Part shown: positions 1 to 13,470 of the stretch, piece by piece | Layout of the letters: each line of letters starts with the position of its first letter | How positions within the stretch are numbered: position 1 is the stretch's first letter | Source of the DNA: Octopus vulgaris | Lineage: Eukaryota | DNA length: 64,000 nt | Direction: 5' to 3' | Assembly: GCA_951406725.2 (NCBI GenBank) | Contig: OX597822.1 | Span: 113,708,001 to 113,772,000, forward strand | Notes under the pieces: model-generated | Databases searched by the model: none | Seen by the model: the letters and a program-made list of their open reading frames with translations, nothing else | Told to the model about the DNA's origin: nothing | Program-made: the position numbers and the translations under genes

Positions 1-2
1 TT

Positions 3-515
3 CCACACAAAGAATGTTACAAGTACCTAGGCATAGACAAAAATGTATCATATGAAGGGACCCGAGAATATTACACCAGACTTAGGAAAATATGGCAGTC
101 GGAACTCTCCTCTTACAACAACACAATATCCCACAATGCATTTGCAGTACCAGAGCTGATTCCAACATTTTGGATACTTGATTGGTCTGGAGAGGAAATC
201 CATTCCATAGATATCAAAACCCGCAAAATTCTGACAACAACTGGGAACTTCCACAGAAACAGTGATGTTGACAGGTTCTACCTAAGGAAAAATGAAGGTG
301 GTAGAGGCCTGAAATCAGTGCAGACGGCCTTCGAATGCCGTATGGTATCACTCAGGCATTATCTAATAAACAACAGCAGCCAAAATAAATATATAAATGC
401 AGTGCTGAAAAGTGAAGTGAGCAACGTTGTATACAGCGCGTGTGGCTTATTTGTAAAAAAATATGACCACCTCCAAATAGAACAATATCTGTTTCAACAC
501 ACAATTTCACATTAG
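3..515 (+). mobile_element. Non-LTR retrotransposon RT thumb fragment, R4/Dong-like (RLE superfamily); runs off the window start
   Basis: Frame +3 is open from base 3: ECYKYLGI...YYTRLRKIWQSELSSYNNTISHNAFAVP...IDIKTRKILTTTGNFHRNSDVDRFYLRKNEGGRGLKSV. The YKYLG, SDVDRxY and EGGRGL motifs are typical of R4/Dong RTs. Confidence 0.8.
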
Positions 516-751
516 AAATCTTGCAAAACAAATACATCAATGTAAGAATTAATATATTGGTTCTAAGCATATTATTCAATAAAGTTGGAGCGCCAATGTT
601 AGATGACAATGAGATGACGCTGGCAGTAAAGTGTCCTCCCTTGAATTCCTCATGGCTCATTACATACAACCGCAATACAGGTCATGTGTAAATTTATATA
701 CGGCGTCTGTATAACTTAACATGAAGAATGACATATTTCAGTTTACGACTA

Positions 752-1267
752 TCGTAAATCTTCGAGTATAGTACACCCTTGAGTATAAATCGCAGGGGAC
801 TTTTAAGGAGCTATACTTCTGAGAAACCTAAACCTTGTGTATAATACGCACCCCTTCTCTAACTTGAGTCGTGCGTAATTAATCCAGCATCACCTAGTCG
901 AACAAACACTTCCGCTCATGCGTAATACAATAATGGTGATGTTCTTAACTGTTATATGGGAATGTAAAAAATGTTTGCAAATTGTTTTTGTTACATGTTA
1001 TTCTGTGTTCTGAATACATTTATTTTAATAAATGTTGCTCACTGCAAGTTATGGGTGATTCTTGTATGACTTCATTGCTTTCAGGCTTAGCTTAAGGTAT
1101 TTTCGCACACGAAATGCGTCTGAATAAACATTGCCGGACAGCAAATAGAGACTCGGACCTTGCTTAGAAAATATTTTTCATTTTTAACCTCGCATACAGT
1201 ACGCACTAGTGATTTTGACCTTTAAATTTTGGGGAAAAAAGTGCGGATTATGCTCGAGGATTTACGG
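752..1267. mobile_element. Non-autonomous Tc1/mariner-superfamily (Tc2-like) DNA transposon / MITE
   Basis: Imperfect TIRs (tcgtaaatcttcgagtata ... tatgctcgaggatttacgg) with TA on both sides (750-751, 1268-1269); no ORF. Confidence 0.65.
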
Positions 1268-2553
1268 TAAGTATAAATTTGTAATGAATATTTAAAATAG
1301 ATATAAACTTATAACTCATGGTACATCAATCAATCAGTCGTTGTATGTATGCATATATTGCTGTACACTTCTTTTTTTGTAGGTCAACTAAAGTCATTCT
1401 AAACGATCTGGAACCGCACTGACGAAATTGCAAGACAAGGACCCAAATTTGTGGCCAAAACTTTCGATTTGGTCACTATTAATCGTTTCAATGGTTTAAT
1501 CAGTGAACTTTATCCTTAAGAAATTCGAAAATATTAATACAGTATTTTCTCGCTATTTATACAGACAAAACAAATAGATGCGGGTAGATGGCAGAATCGG
1601 AAGAAACTCGCACATAATATTTTGTGATATTTGGTTACGTCCCAGTAATATTCTAAGTTCAAATCCTGTACAGGCTTTAACTTTAATTCAATTAAACAAA
1701 TACTGAGATTGACAGTGTGGCCTTGAATAAAGAGACCCGGTATAGCCATAGGCCAATGATGGACCCAGCCAAATAATACAGATATCAAGATCAGAATTAT
1801 AGATACAATGACAATTATAATTTCATATTGTTCTTAACGACGTCTTTCATGTACGATTTGCTGACATTTCAAAAATTAATGACACGGATGCGTGTCTAGC
1901 AAAACTCTTTATTGAATGGGAGGGAGTTGCTCGCTAAATTTGATCTGGTGGAACTTACCTAGCGTATAATGAGCCGGCATGATATCAAATATCAGAACAG
2001 CGAAGGTCTGTCTTCAAAGCAAACTGCCAGGCTGCAGTCATTTCATTTACGGGAGATAAAAACACTGACCCTAATTATAGTAGGCTGCCTTTCGTTGAAA
2101 GAAGCAAAACCCATCAAAAATGAACATTACGTGATTACAACAGAGATGAAGATTAAGAACAAGTGTAGGCCATATGTACTGACAAGTGTTACATCTATAC
2201 ATGTATTGCGTCGACAACAATCCTGCTGACAAGCACAGAGAAAATTTCTTACAAAAGGGACAGTCGCGTGGAAAGAATGTTATCAATTGAGTAGCAACCC
2301 CCGTGGAGACCGTAGCTTGTCCAACACGTCTCGCTATTTCCCATCTGTAACTACAACGAGATCCTGCTGCGACAGTGTATGCTTATGAGGACCAACCTAG
2401 GGGAGATTAGACTTGGCTGGCATACAATCAGGTGTAACCGATGAGTGGGTGTGTATACATGCATACATACATACATATGAGCATGTGTATTTGTCTCTGT
2501 ATTTCCCTCTCTCTCTCTATCTATTTATCTATCTGTCTATTCATCTGTATTTC

Positions 2554-2603
<50 letters not shown>

Positions 2604-2931
2604 TATACATATATATATATACACATAAAATGTCTGTTTACATGTAATTGTGTATATATAAATGTGTGATTGTATATAATGGTATGTATATATTAGTTTT
2701 AAAATTTGGCACAAAGCCAGCAATTTCAAGGGAGTATATAAATCGATTACATTGACCTTGTTGCTCTACTGGTACTTACTTTATCGACCCCAAAACGATG
2801 AAAAAGTCGACCTCAATATAAGCGATTTACCCCTCCCCCTACAATTCATGATATTAATCTGAAACTATTATTATTATTATTATTGCTCGCTAAATTTGTA
2901 GCTTTTGTTATTGCTATTGTTGTTATTATTC

Positions 2932-3142
2932 TTTTCTACTCTAGGCACAAGGCCCAAAATTTTGGAGAAGGGAGCTAGTCGATTAGAGCGACCCCAGTAT
3001 GCAACTGGTACCTAATTTATCGACCCCGAAAGGATGAAAGGCAAAGTCGACCTCGGCGGAATTTGAACTCAGAACGTAACGGCAGACGAAATACGTCTAC
3101 GCATTTCGCCCGGCGTGGTAACGTTTCTGCCAGCTCACCGCC
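2932..3142 (-). mobile_element. tRNA-derived SINE, family A (central GCCTTTCATCCTTTCGGGGTCGATAAATTAAGTACCAG, MetaSINE-like domain)
   Basis: A-box-like TGGCAGAAACGTTA and B-box GTTCAAATTCC on the minus strand; many near-identical copies in the window. Confidence 0.85.
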
Positions 3143-3165
3143 TTATTGTTGTTATTATTATTAAA

Positions 3166-3735
3166 GCGGCGAGCTGGCAGAAACGTTACCACGCCGGGCG
3201 AAATGCGTAGCCATATTTCGTCTGCCGTTACGTTCTGAGTTCAAATTCCGCCGAGGTCGACTTTGCCTTTCATCCTTTCGGGGTCGATAAATTAAGTACC
3301 AGTTACGCACTGAGGTCGATGTAATCAACTTAATCCGTTTGTCTGTCCTTGTTTGTCCTCCCTGTGTTTAGCCCCTTGTGGGTAGTAAAGAAATAGGTAT
3401 TTCGTCTGCCGCTACGTTCTGAGTTCAAACTCCGCCGAGGTCGACTTTGTCTTTCATCCTTTCGGGGTCGATTAAATAAGTACCAGTTGCACACTGGGGC
3501 TGATATAATCGACTTAATTTGTTTGTCTTTGTTTGTCCTCTCTGTGATTGGCCCCTTGTGGGTAGTAAAGAAATAGGTATTTCACCCGTCGTTGCGTTCT
3601 GAGTTCAAATTCCGCCGAGGTCGATTTTGCCTTTTATCCTTTCGGGGTAAATTAAGTACCAGTGAAACACTGGGGTCGATGGAATCGACTAGTCTCCTCC
3701 AGCAAAATTTCAGGCCTTGTGCCTTTAGTAAAAAG
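3166..3735 (+). mobile_element. SINE family A with three tandem internal units
   Basis: Head gcggcgagctggcag followed by repeated units joined at aaagaaataggtatttc (about 3388-3404 and 3568-3583). Confidence 0.85.
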
Positions 3736-3749
3736 GATTTTTTTTTTAG

Positions 3750-4030
3750 CCCAGGTTTTGTTGGAGTTCCAAAGTCCTGGAGTCTTGCATGCGTAGCAGG
3801 TTGGTTGCCTGCACTACAGTACCATGCTATCTGTTTTCTTCAACTATCAAATACTTTCCTGGTTATTCTGGTTGGGCCAAGGAGGCAAACCTTTTGTAAC
3901 AGTTCCAATGAGCACTTTATTGCGATTTCCTTTATATTCCTCTTGATACCTTCTGATACTGTCCCCAAGGAACCAAAAATAATTGGCACTATCTTTATCT
4001 TCTTTTTCCATAGTCAGGCTATTTCTTGAG
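3750..4030 (-). mobile_element. 3' end of an R4/Dong-like LINE (restriction-like endonuclease tail plus 3' UTR)
   Basis: Minus frame reads EIA*LWKKKIKIVPIIFGSLGTVSEGIKRNIKEIAIKCSLELLQKVCLLGPTRITRKVFDS*, matching the VPIVIGALG...LQK..LLGTARILRKVL tail of RLE elements; a T-run at 3738-3748 would be its poly(A). Confidence 0.7.
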
Positions 4031-4710
4031 TGGCGGATTAGGCTTGCTATGTGGCTCCTAATGCGCAAACATGATCTTAGGTTATGCCACCTGCAACGAT
4101 TTCTAGACGGTGAACGTGTGTGGGCTTCGTTTGTGAAGCTCGTCTTTCCGCAGCTCCTCTCCTTGACGGAGCTGCAGTCCTAAGTGAAGAAAAGACCGAG
4201 ACTGGGCGCCTGGCACTTAGAATGTTGTCAGGCGCTCACAGCCCTCTACCAGTCGGGCAATGGGATCGGTGGATGTTCCGCTTTAGAAATTTATAGAGAA
4301 TTAGTGACAGGGAAGTGCGACGACGTTCTCGGGGGGACTCTGGGTGCCGAGAAGAACTAACTGGCTAGTCTGTTCCAGAGGCATTCCATTCGGGATCTAT
4401 CATGGATAATTTCCAGATGCCCTTGGCTTGGTAGTGCTACCGGTTCGAGATAACTCTACATGCACAGATGCGCTTTCAGACGGGCTTGTCCGAATTGCGC
4501 GCTGAGAGACGAAACCATTTTGCAAGCCCTCGTTCAGTGTCCGGGCATTGCTGACTTGTGAGGTTATGTCGGACAGCTACTGTCACATGTGGGATGGATC
4601 CGTCTGTTGGCCGAGTATGCAGTGATTATCGCACTGCCGCCCTCCTTCAATCTGGCAGTTTTCCTTGCCTGGTGGTGTGGCGAAAGAGGTCGTTTGGTGG
4701 ACAAGGCTGA
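4030..4710 (+). mobile_element. Decayed L1/Tx1-like LINE ORF2 C-terminal fragment (zf-RVT)
   Basis: GC-richer block. Translations include WLLMRKHDLRLCHLQRFLDGERVW and ACPNCALRDETILQALVQCPGIADL*GYV, a CxxC...ET...CP...LW zinc-knuckle pattern, with stops and frameshifts. Confidence 0.6.
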
Positions 4711-5782
4711 AAGGCATTAGTCAATAAATTAAGTAATCGACTAGTCCCTCTCCCCTAAAATTTCAGGCCTTATGCCTCTAGTAGAAAGGATAATTTCCGT
4801 ACTTTCTTTAAAGATTTTGAAGTCGAATCCAAACAAAACCAGCCCCATATTTTCAACTTCACACTGACTATAAACTATAATGTCAAAGGTTGTTGTTAAT
4901 TATTATATTTAAGACAGCGGCTGAAATATTGGTTTCAAAATGTTCGGGGAGGGAAAAATCGATTACGTTGATCCCAGTCCTCAAGTGGCACTTATTTTAT
5001 CGACCCCGAAAGGATGAAAGACAAAGTTGACCTCGGCAGCATTTAAGCTCAGAACGTAGAGACGGACGAAATGCTGCTAAGTATTTTTTTCCGGCGTGCT
5101 AACGATTCTGCCAGCTCGCCGCCCTTAAACAGCGGCTAAAATATTACATGAACTAAAGAAATCATTTTCGAACAGTGAGAATATTCTTTAATTCGAGAAG
5201 TTGAAAGCATAGCTGAGCTAAAATCGACAAGCAATTTTTTTAATATTTAGGGGTTTTTTTTTTGGTTTTTTGTTATTTTATTTTTTTGCATATATTACTT
5301 GATTATGAGAGTTAAAATGAACTGATAAACCGATTCTAATGTCCAATGTTCACATTTAATTAGTAGCACTTTCCCGAAAAATACTTTTTAATGGATGAGT
5401 TTGCTTATCTGTACAGTTTGTGGCTGTTGTTGGATCACTGTAAAATTGGTATTGCATTGTTTTATTTTGTATTTATTCCTTTATTGGCCACAGGGGGCTA
5501 AACATAGAGGGGAAAAACAAGAACGGACAAAGGGATTAAGTCGATTACATCGACCCCAGTGCGTAACTGATACTTATTTAATCGACCAGGAAAGGATGAA
5601 AGGCAAAGTCGACCTTGGCGGAATTTGAACTCAGAACGTAGTATTGTTTTATTTTGTATTGCCGCTATCCTGCACAGTACTGTGCTGTGTTTTACCGTAG
5701 AAATGCTTTACTGTTTATTACTGTACAAATGCGTTTAAAAAGCAGAGAACTGTTGATTTATTGTACAGGTGTTCCTATCTCG

Positions 5783-6120
5783 GTGAAGGCGCATGGCTCA
5801 GTGGTTAGAGCGCCGAGCTTGCGATCGTGAGGTTGTGAGCTCAAATCCCAGACCGGGCTGCGTGTTATGTTCTTGAGCAAGACACTTTATTTCACGTTGG
5901 TCCAGTTCACTCAGCTGTAGAAATGAGTTGTAACATCACTGGTGTCAAGCTGTATCGGCCTCTTTGCCTTTCCCTTGGATAACATCGGTGGCGTGGAGAG
6001 GGGAGGCCGGTATCCATGGGCGACTGCTGGTCTTCCATAAACAACATTGCCCGGACTTGTGCCTGGGAGGGTAACTTTCTAGGTGCAATACCACGGTCAG
6101 TCATGACCGAAGGGGGTCTC
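5783..6120 (+). mobile_element. tRNA-derived SINE related to family B
   Basis: Head ggcgcatggctcagtggttagagcg with a B-box-like segment, followed by ttcttgagcaagacactttatttcacgttg shared with other copies. Confidence 0.75.
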
Positions 6121-6644
6121 AATATTACTATCTCAGAGCAAATACAAACTTTTAGCGACTACAACACTTTTTTTTTTTTTTAGAATAGCGCGTTATTAGG
6201 TGGAAATTTGCATAAATGTGTTGATTAAAGCGGTATTTAACGGCCACTCTGAATGATATACATGAATTTTATTGGGTGCCAAATTCCAATTTAATCTGAA
6301 TCAACATGATGAACCCCGAACAACTGGCACTCCGGCGGTTAGGACGGCGAGGGCTCCAGTTGATCCGATCTACAGATCGGCCTGCTCGTGAAATTAACGT
6401 GCAAGTGGTTGAGTACACTTAACGTAGTTCTAAGGGAGAACCAGCGTCGCACAGAATGTGACAAGGCTGGCCTTTTGAAATGCATGTATTACACATTTGT
6501 TTTTTTACCAGCTGAGTGGACTGAAGCAACGTGAAATAAAGTGTCTTGGTCGAGGATACAACGCACCACCGGGAATCGAAATCAAGACCATACGATCGTG
6601 AGTCGAACAGCCTAACCACTAGATCAATGCAATTATATTTCAAT

Positions 6645-7042
6645 GGGATGGAAGCACTCCGTCGATTACGACGACGAGGGTTCCGGTTGATCCGAATCAA
6701 CGGAACAGCCTGCTCGTGAAATTAACGTGTAAGTGGCTGAGCACTCCACAGACACGTGTACCCTTAACATAGTTCTCGGGGATATTCAGCGTGACACAGA
6801 GAGTGACAAGGCCGGCCCCTTTGAAATACAGGTACAACAGAAACAGGAAGTAAGAGTGAGAGAAAGTTGTGGTGAAAAAGTACAGCAGGGATCACCACCA
6901 TCCCCTGCCGGAGCCTCGTGGAACTTTAGGTGTTTTCGCTCAATAAACACTCACAACGCCCGGTCTGGGAATCGAAACCGCGATCCTATGACCGCGAGTC
7001 CGCTGCCTTAACCACTGGGCCACTGGGCCATTGCGCCTCCAC
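6645..7042 (-). mobile_element. tRNA-derived SINE, family B, full length
   Basis: Minus-strand head gtggaggcgcaatggcccagtggttagg; TSD tatatttcaat at 6634-6644 and 7043-7053; an older related copy lies adjacent at about 6325-6620. Confidence 0.85.
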
Positions 7043-8202
7043 TATATTTCAATATGTGAAAATTAAAGAGCTTCGGAATTAATTTAAAGTTGACTGCGCA
7101 GAAGAAGAAAGGCAATCGATAAATCGATAACCCGACAGAATCCTACAAACACTTGAAGATCCTATTCTAAAGAATATTTAAATGTAATCGAAAATAGACT
7201 TGTGTCTGCCTATCAGTGTCCACATTATTATACATAACTTGTTAGCTGCTGCTGTTGTTGTTTAGCCTTAGATTAACCATTTACGAACAGAAGATATTCC
7301 AGCCATGACCTTTCCGGCGTTTTGCTTATCGTGGCCAACATTTTCCTACGTGTCTTCACTTTTTCAAGACTGATAGCTTTGATTTGAGAAAATATAGTTC
7401 CTTTTTTCTAGCAAAGCAAGAAACTGTTTGTTTGTTTGTTTTGTTTTTTCTTTTTGAGGGTTTTATTTTATTTTTAGGAGGCAAATAATCGATTGAGTAC
7501 TTTATTAGTGTTAATTTTACTGAGCCCCAAAATATGGAAGTTGACTCAGTGGGATTTGAACTCACAAATACTGGGAGATACGTAAACCGAAATACCGCAA
7601 GGCATTTTATCCAACGCTCTCCCGAGTCTGCCAATACTCTACCCCTTACCATGATACTTCTGTAATTCAATACTTGTTGGTGAAATAAATTAAGCTTATA
7701 CCTAAAACTGCAATTTGCAACAAACGATATTGGATGTTAAAGAAAGTAAAAAAGAGAAGAAGCTCAATAGAGTCGCAGAACATTTGTTTCTCACGAATAA
7801 AGAAAAGAACAAAAGCTAGTTGATGTAGACTTCTGATTGTGTTTTATGGAATGGATGCCACATTTTGGCTTCCTGCAGGGGAGTTGTTAAATTGTCTCTC
7901 GTCAAGCGAAGCAGACAAAAAATGTAATTCGTTTTGAATAGGTAGAAGAATTGATATTTGTGTGGGTTCCTAACTTTTCTGATCGCTCTCCAAACACGTA
8001 CATGGCAACTTCATTGTCTGCGACACCCCATCGAGGAATGCAGGCTCTGCCGAAGAAACTATTCTGAATGATGAAATCATAATGATGTACAGGTGGATTG
8101 TAGAGTACAAAGCTTTGCACATCGCTCAGGTCCGCAGAAACACTTACAATACATACATGTATGTATGTACATGTGTATGCATGTATGTATGTATGTACAT
8201 AC

Positions 8203-8265
<63 letters not shown>

Positions 8266-8467
8266 TATATATACATATATATAAGTATATTTACATATAT
8301 ATATATATATAAGTATATATACATTTATATGTATATATATATGTATAAGTATATATACATATATATATATATATATATACATATATATATAAGTATATAT
8401 ACATATATATAAGTATATATACATATATATATATATATAGTATATATATACATATATATATATATAT

Positions 8468-8539
<72 letters not shown>

Positions 8540-8544
8540 TATAT

Positions 8545-8583
<39 letters not shown>

Positions 8584-8895
8584 CCCAGACGTATAGCTAA
8601 AAGTATATAAGCAGATGAAAGTCTTTAGCATTCACCGTGCTCATATTTTCCCTTTCTACATATAAACCTTAACCATAATTCTAATAAACGGTAATGCCGC
8701 TGGAAATCAAGATAATTTCTTATGCTTTTGAAACTCAGTCTCCCGAATTAGTTTTCTTTAAGTTTTTTCATCTTAAAGTGAGTTCATCGGAACATTTGAT
8801 TATATTCGCTTCAGAATATGAGTTTTCTTTCTTCAGTTGCAGTAAAATTAATTTTTGCTTTAATATTTATTGGCGACAGAGGCCGTATTTATACC

Positions 8896-9680
8896 TATTT
8901 CTTTACTACCCACAAGGGGCCAAACACAGTGAGGACAAATAAGGACAGACAAACGGATTAAGTCGATTATATTGACCCCAGTGTGTAACTGGTACTTAAT
9001 TTATCGACGCCCGGAAGGATGAAAGGCAAAGTCAACCTTGGCGGAATTTGAACTCAGAACGTAGCGGCAGACGAAATACCTATTTCTTTACTACTCACAA
9101 GGGGCCAAACACAGAGAGGACAAACAAGGGCAGACAAACGGATTAAGTCGATTACATCGACCCCAGTGCGTAATTGGTACTTATTTAATTGACCCCGAAA
9201 GGATGAAAGGCAAAGTCGACCTTGGCTGAATTTGAACTCAGAACGTAGCGGCAGACGAAATACCTATTTCTTTACTACTCACAAGGGGCCAAACACAGAG
9301 AGGACAAACAAGGGCAGACAAACGAATTAAGTCGATTACATCGACCCCAGTGCGTAATTGGTACTTATTTAATCGACCACGAAAGGATGAAAGGCAAAGT
9401 CGACCTTGGCTGAATTTGAACTCAGAACGTAGCAGCAGACGAAATACCTATTTCTTTACTACTCACGAGGGGCCAAACACAGAGAGGACAAACAAGGGCA
9501 GACAAACGGATTAAGTCGATTACATCGACCCCAGTCCGTAACTGGTACTTATTTAATCGACTCCGAAAGGATGAAAGGTAAAGTCGACCTTGGCGGAATT
9601 TGAACTCAGAACGTAACGGCAGACGAAATACGGCTACGCAATTCGCCCGGCGTGCTAACGTTTCTGCCAGCTCGCCGCCT
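8896..9680 (-). mobile_element. SINE family A concatemer: one head plus four ~184-bp units
   Basis: The unit junction cctatttctttact recurs at about 8894, 9079, 9263 and 9447; TSD ccgtatttatacc at 8883-8895 and 9685-9697. Confidence 0.85.
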
Positions 9681-9942
9681 TAGACCGTATTTATACCGAG
9701 AGGTAATATCGATCCCCACTTAATCTGCGTGTTGTTAGAACAAATTATATTTCTCTTACCATAAGAGAAACTCTCATGCTGACTTTTGCTGCAACCGAAA
9801 CCACCAGATCACGTGATTTCGACCATCCTTGGTTTTGCCAATGATGGACGCTCAACTGCTAGAGATAGCAGCGATTCAGCTCCTCACCAACGATATTTAG
9901 AATATGTCAACTTAAATGCATTAAAGGGGCAGGTATGTAATA

Positions 9943-10176
9943 TACCTATTTCTTTATTACCCACAAGGGGCTAAACATAGAGAGAACAAACAAGGACAGA
10001 CATAGATATTAAGTCGATTCCATCGACCCCAGTGTGTGACTGGTACTTAATTTATCGACCCCGAAAGGATGAAAGGCAAAGTCGACCTCGGCGGAATTTG
10101 AACTCACAACGTAACGCAGACGAAATACCGCTAAGCATTTCGCCCGGCGTGCTAACAACTCTGCCAGCTCGCCGCC
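9943..10176 (-). mobile_element. SINE family A
   Basis: Same head, B-box and core; flanked by the duplication atgtaatatacc / atgtaatacacc. Confidence 0.85.
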
Positions 10177-10572
10177 AATGTAATACACCAGTATACTATA
10201 CCGCGGATAATAGCAAAACAACTGAAATAAAATAGATTCAACCAGTTAATCGAATTTACTTTATGAGTGCAGTATACTGTTTTCTTCCGAGACCAATGGC
10301 TGTAAAACATTTCTAATTAATAAATATTCCTAATATCCAGTCATTATTGGGACAACTTATATTTGCTCCAATAATAATATTACACTACCTATATAGATAC
10401 GAATAATCCTTTCCAATCTAAGCTTTCTATGTTGAACATTAACATCTACCGCAGAGCTCCAAACAATCATAAAGGTTAAACGCGCCTAAGAACTTTAATA
10501 CAAACTTGTTTATCCTTATTATTCACACACCTACATACATCTATACATACATTCATAAATACATACATACAT

Positions 10573-10607
<35 letters not shown>

Positions 10608-10789
10608 GTTTCGTCTTCTAGGGTGGACTTCCATGGCGTACAAGTGACCGAGGCCACAAAACCCCGCTGAAACAGGACGCCAGTCCGTAGCAGAGTAAAC
10701 TGGAGCAACCGGAAGCGAAATGTTTTTGCTCAAGAACGTAACATACTGCCCGGTCCGAGATTCGAATCACCAGGATCGAAACACCAGGA

Positions 10790-11100
10790 TCTAGGGTGTT
10801 CTCTTTAAGTGAACATTTTTCTGGTTGAAATACACCGAAAAATGGCGACACAGCAGTCAAAAAATCGTAAATGTAGGGATTTTTATAGAAAAAAAAGCAC
10901 CTTTTTGATGTAAATAATTTTTGGTGTTAACATGGTCCAATTTGAATTTTTTTCTTCTACGGAAGGAAGAGCAAGCCTTCTTCTATCATACTCTCAATTT
11001 TGGTCAACTTGCGCCGCAGAGTCTTGGAGGAGATAGTGTTAGTTGAAGGCTACCAAACCTGCCATACACAGACAACTTCAGCTTTATATAGAGAGAGATT
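10790..11100 (+). mobile_element. Possible Helentron-associated (DINE-1/HINE-like) non-autonomous element, 3' part
   Basis: Ends in caattttggtcaac...ggaggagatag...acacagacaacttcagctttatatagagagagatt, resembling DINE-1-like termini. Recognised by resemblance only. Confidence 0.35.
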
Positions 11101-12339
11101 GTATTATTATATTATATTATATTATATTATATTATATTATATTATATTATATTATACATGAGTGTGTATACATGATATATTCTAGCTTAGTTATATGCTA
11201 AACATATACATAGATATATGTAAACATATATTTACGTAAATATTAAAGTGAAGGTGAAATGAAATAATATACACAAGACGATGCTTTCCTTTTTTCCACA
11301 AAGTATGGAGACTGCTTCCTGGATCAGAAGTAGATTCCTTATGGAAAGTGTTAACGGCTTAAAAGAATCACTTTCTTTCCTGGCCGTTCTATTTTCCGAG
11401 AATTATTTCTGTCTGGTAATATAATTGAACAGTGTGTACACGCGTGGACAATTATGCAGAACTTGAGATAAATATTATCATTAGAATGACATTGGCATGC
11501 GCCACCACGTCATTTCTTGGAGAAGCAGTCGTTTCCCTCCACAGATATTTTGCTTAATTTAAGTTTTGTACACAAGCAGAAGAATGAGACTGGTTGTAGG
11601 CTTTTGTGTACTTCTTTTACTGAACCTGGTATGTTTACATAAAACACACAAATGTTGTTTTTTACAGTGTTTATTTATACGAAGACGAGTGTCTTTAGGT
11701 ACAATTACATCTAAGTGTATAACATTTTATTCATCATATCATTGCATGCGAATGTATATATGTATGTACGTGTGTATGTATGTATGTATATATGTGTGTA
11801 TGTATGTATGTTTGTATATATGTGTGTATGTATGTATGTATGTTTGTATATATGTATGTATGTATGTATGTGTGCATGTATGTATGTATGTATGTATGTA
11901 TGTATGTATGTATGTATGTATGTACGTGTGTGTATTTGTACGTGTGTGTGTGTTTACGTACGTAAGCGTTGTTCAAAAAGCATAATGAACGAAATTAGGA
12001 ATGGAGAGATGAAAAAAGAAGAGCACATCTTACACATGTTGGTTTAGATAGAAACTAAAACTAAAGCACTTTGTTTTAATAATATGCATCTACTGTTTGG
12101 ATTTAATTAGTCACAGGCTACCAAGTTGAAAATATTTTTTCCCTTTTTTTTAATGACTAAAACTCGGAAGATAAATAAAAGCACCGAAAAGTAAAACTTC
12201 TTCCACTGTTATGTCTTTACCTCAACCAAACTAATATTTATCACCCTAAAATAATTTGTCTCAGAGTTTTATACAAATCGATGCTTTTGTCTGTCTTTGG
12301 CCGCTTTTTGTGCCCAATTTCGCAAGAGTGCTATGATTT

Positions 12340-12569
12340 AATTCTTTATTGTCCACAAGGGGCTAAACATAGAAGGGACAAACAAGGATAGACAAAGGAA
12401 CTAAGTCGATTATATCGACCCCAATATGTAACTTGTACTTAATTTATCGACCCCGAAAGGATGAAAGGCAAAGTCGACCTCGGTGGAATTTGAACTCAGA
12501 ACGTAACGGCAGACGAAATACGGCTACGCATTTCGCCCGGCGTGCTAACAACTCTGCCAGCTCGCCACC
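12340..12569 (-). mobile_element. SINE family A
   Basis: Family A head and core; flanking gtgctatgattt duplication. Confidence 0.85.
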
Positions 12570-13083
12570 TTATGTGTGCTATGATTTTATTTCAGTGCAG
12601 CTGACAAAATTATGAGGAAGATATTTTGCTGATATAAAAAAGGTGAGAAAAAAATTGCCTGTATCCTGTCACCAACGTTCCTGGCAAAGACATCCAATTA
12701 ATCAGTCCATCGAGGAAATAAGTCATGACAATGAAAGCCCTCACAATTATTTATGATGAAAGATCAGACTCAAATTCAGTTTCAACAATGTTTACCGCCT
12801 GCCCAATATCATAAGCCATACCATGTCCTCTTTACCTCCATCATGGATATACGCTTCAATAAAACAAATATCAGTCGTATACTAGGGGACTATCAATCCT
12901 CTGTGCTCCTAATTTCATGCCAGCAGTCGCCGAGCACCGTAGAACTAGTGGTGGGTCCCAATATAGAAAACAAACAAAATGAGACAACAATCTAACCTCT
13001 TCATGGTTACTCATTCTGCTAAAAATAGCAACCATGTCTCTCTATAAAAAGCAGGATATATTAGATAATATAGTTCTTAAACA

Positions 13084-13470
13084 AAGGCGGCGAGCTGGCA
13101 GAAACGTTAGCACGTCAGACGGTATTTTGTCTGTCGTTACGTTCTAAGTTCAAATTCCGCCGAGGTCGACTTTGCCTTTCATCCTTTCGGGGTCGATTAA
13201 ATAAGTACCAGTTACACACTGGGGTCGATATAATCGATTTAATCCGTTTGTCTGTCCTTGTTTGTCCCCTCTATGTTTAGCCCCTTGTGGTTAGTAAAGA
13301 AATAGGTATTTCGTCTGTCTTTACGTTCTGAGTTCAAATTCCGCCGAGGTCGACTTTGCTTTTCATCGTTTCGGGATCGATAAATTAAATACCAGTTGCG
13401 TACTGGGATCGATGTAATCGACTGGTCCCCTCTCCAAAAATTTCGGGCCTTATGCCTAGAGTAGAAAAGT
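13084..13470 (+). mobile_element. SINE family A dimer
   Basis: 16-bp TSD atatagttcttaaaca at 13068-13083 and 13471-13486. Confidence 0.85.

Noticed and set aside
1415-1480. CTGACGA followed by AAAAC-TTTC-GAT
   Set aside because: No GAAA and no consistent stems; treated as chance.
6990-7042. tRNA-like sequences at SINE heads
   Set aside because: They continue into multi-copy SINE bodies with TSDs, so they were not called as tRNA genes.
7870-8145. Non-repetitive block with faint Helitron-helicase-like words (VEELI..., ILNDEII...EYK)
   Set aside because: Similarity is too weak by eye and the plus frames have stops; BLASTx would be needed.
8896-9680. Regularly spaced repeats resembling a CRISPR array
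   Set aside because: Whole ~184-bp units repeat with no unique spacers, there are no cas genes, and the context is a eukaryotic SINE.
10032-10235. Recurrent peptide WYLIYRPRKDERQSRPRRNLNS in several ORFs
   Set aside because: Antisense translation of SINE family A, not a gene family.
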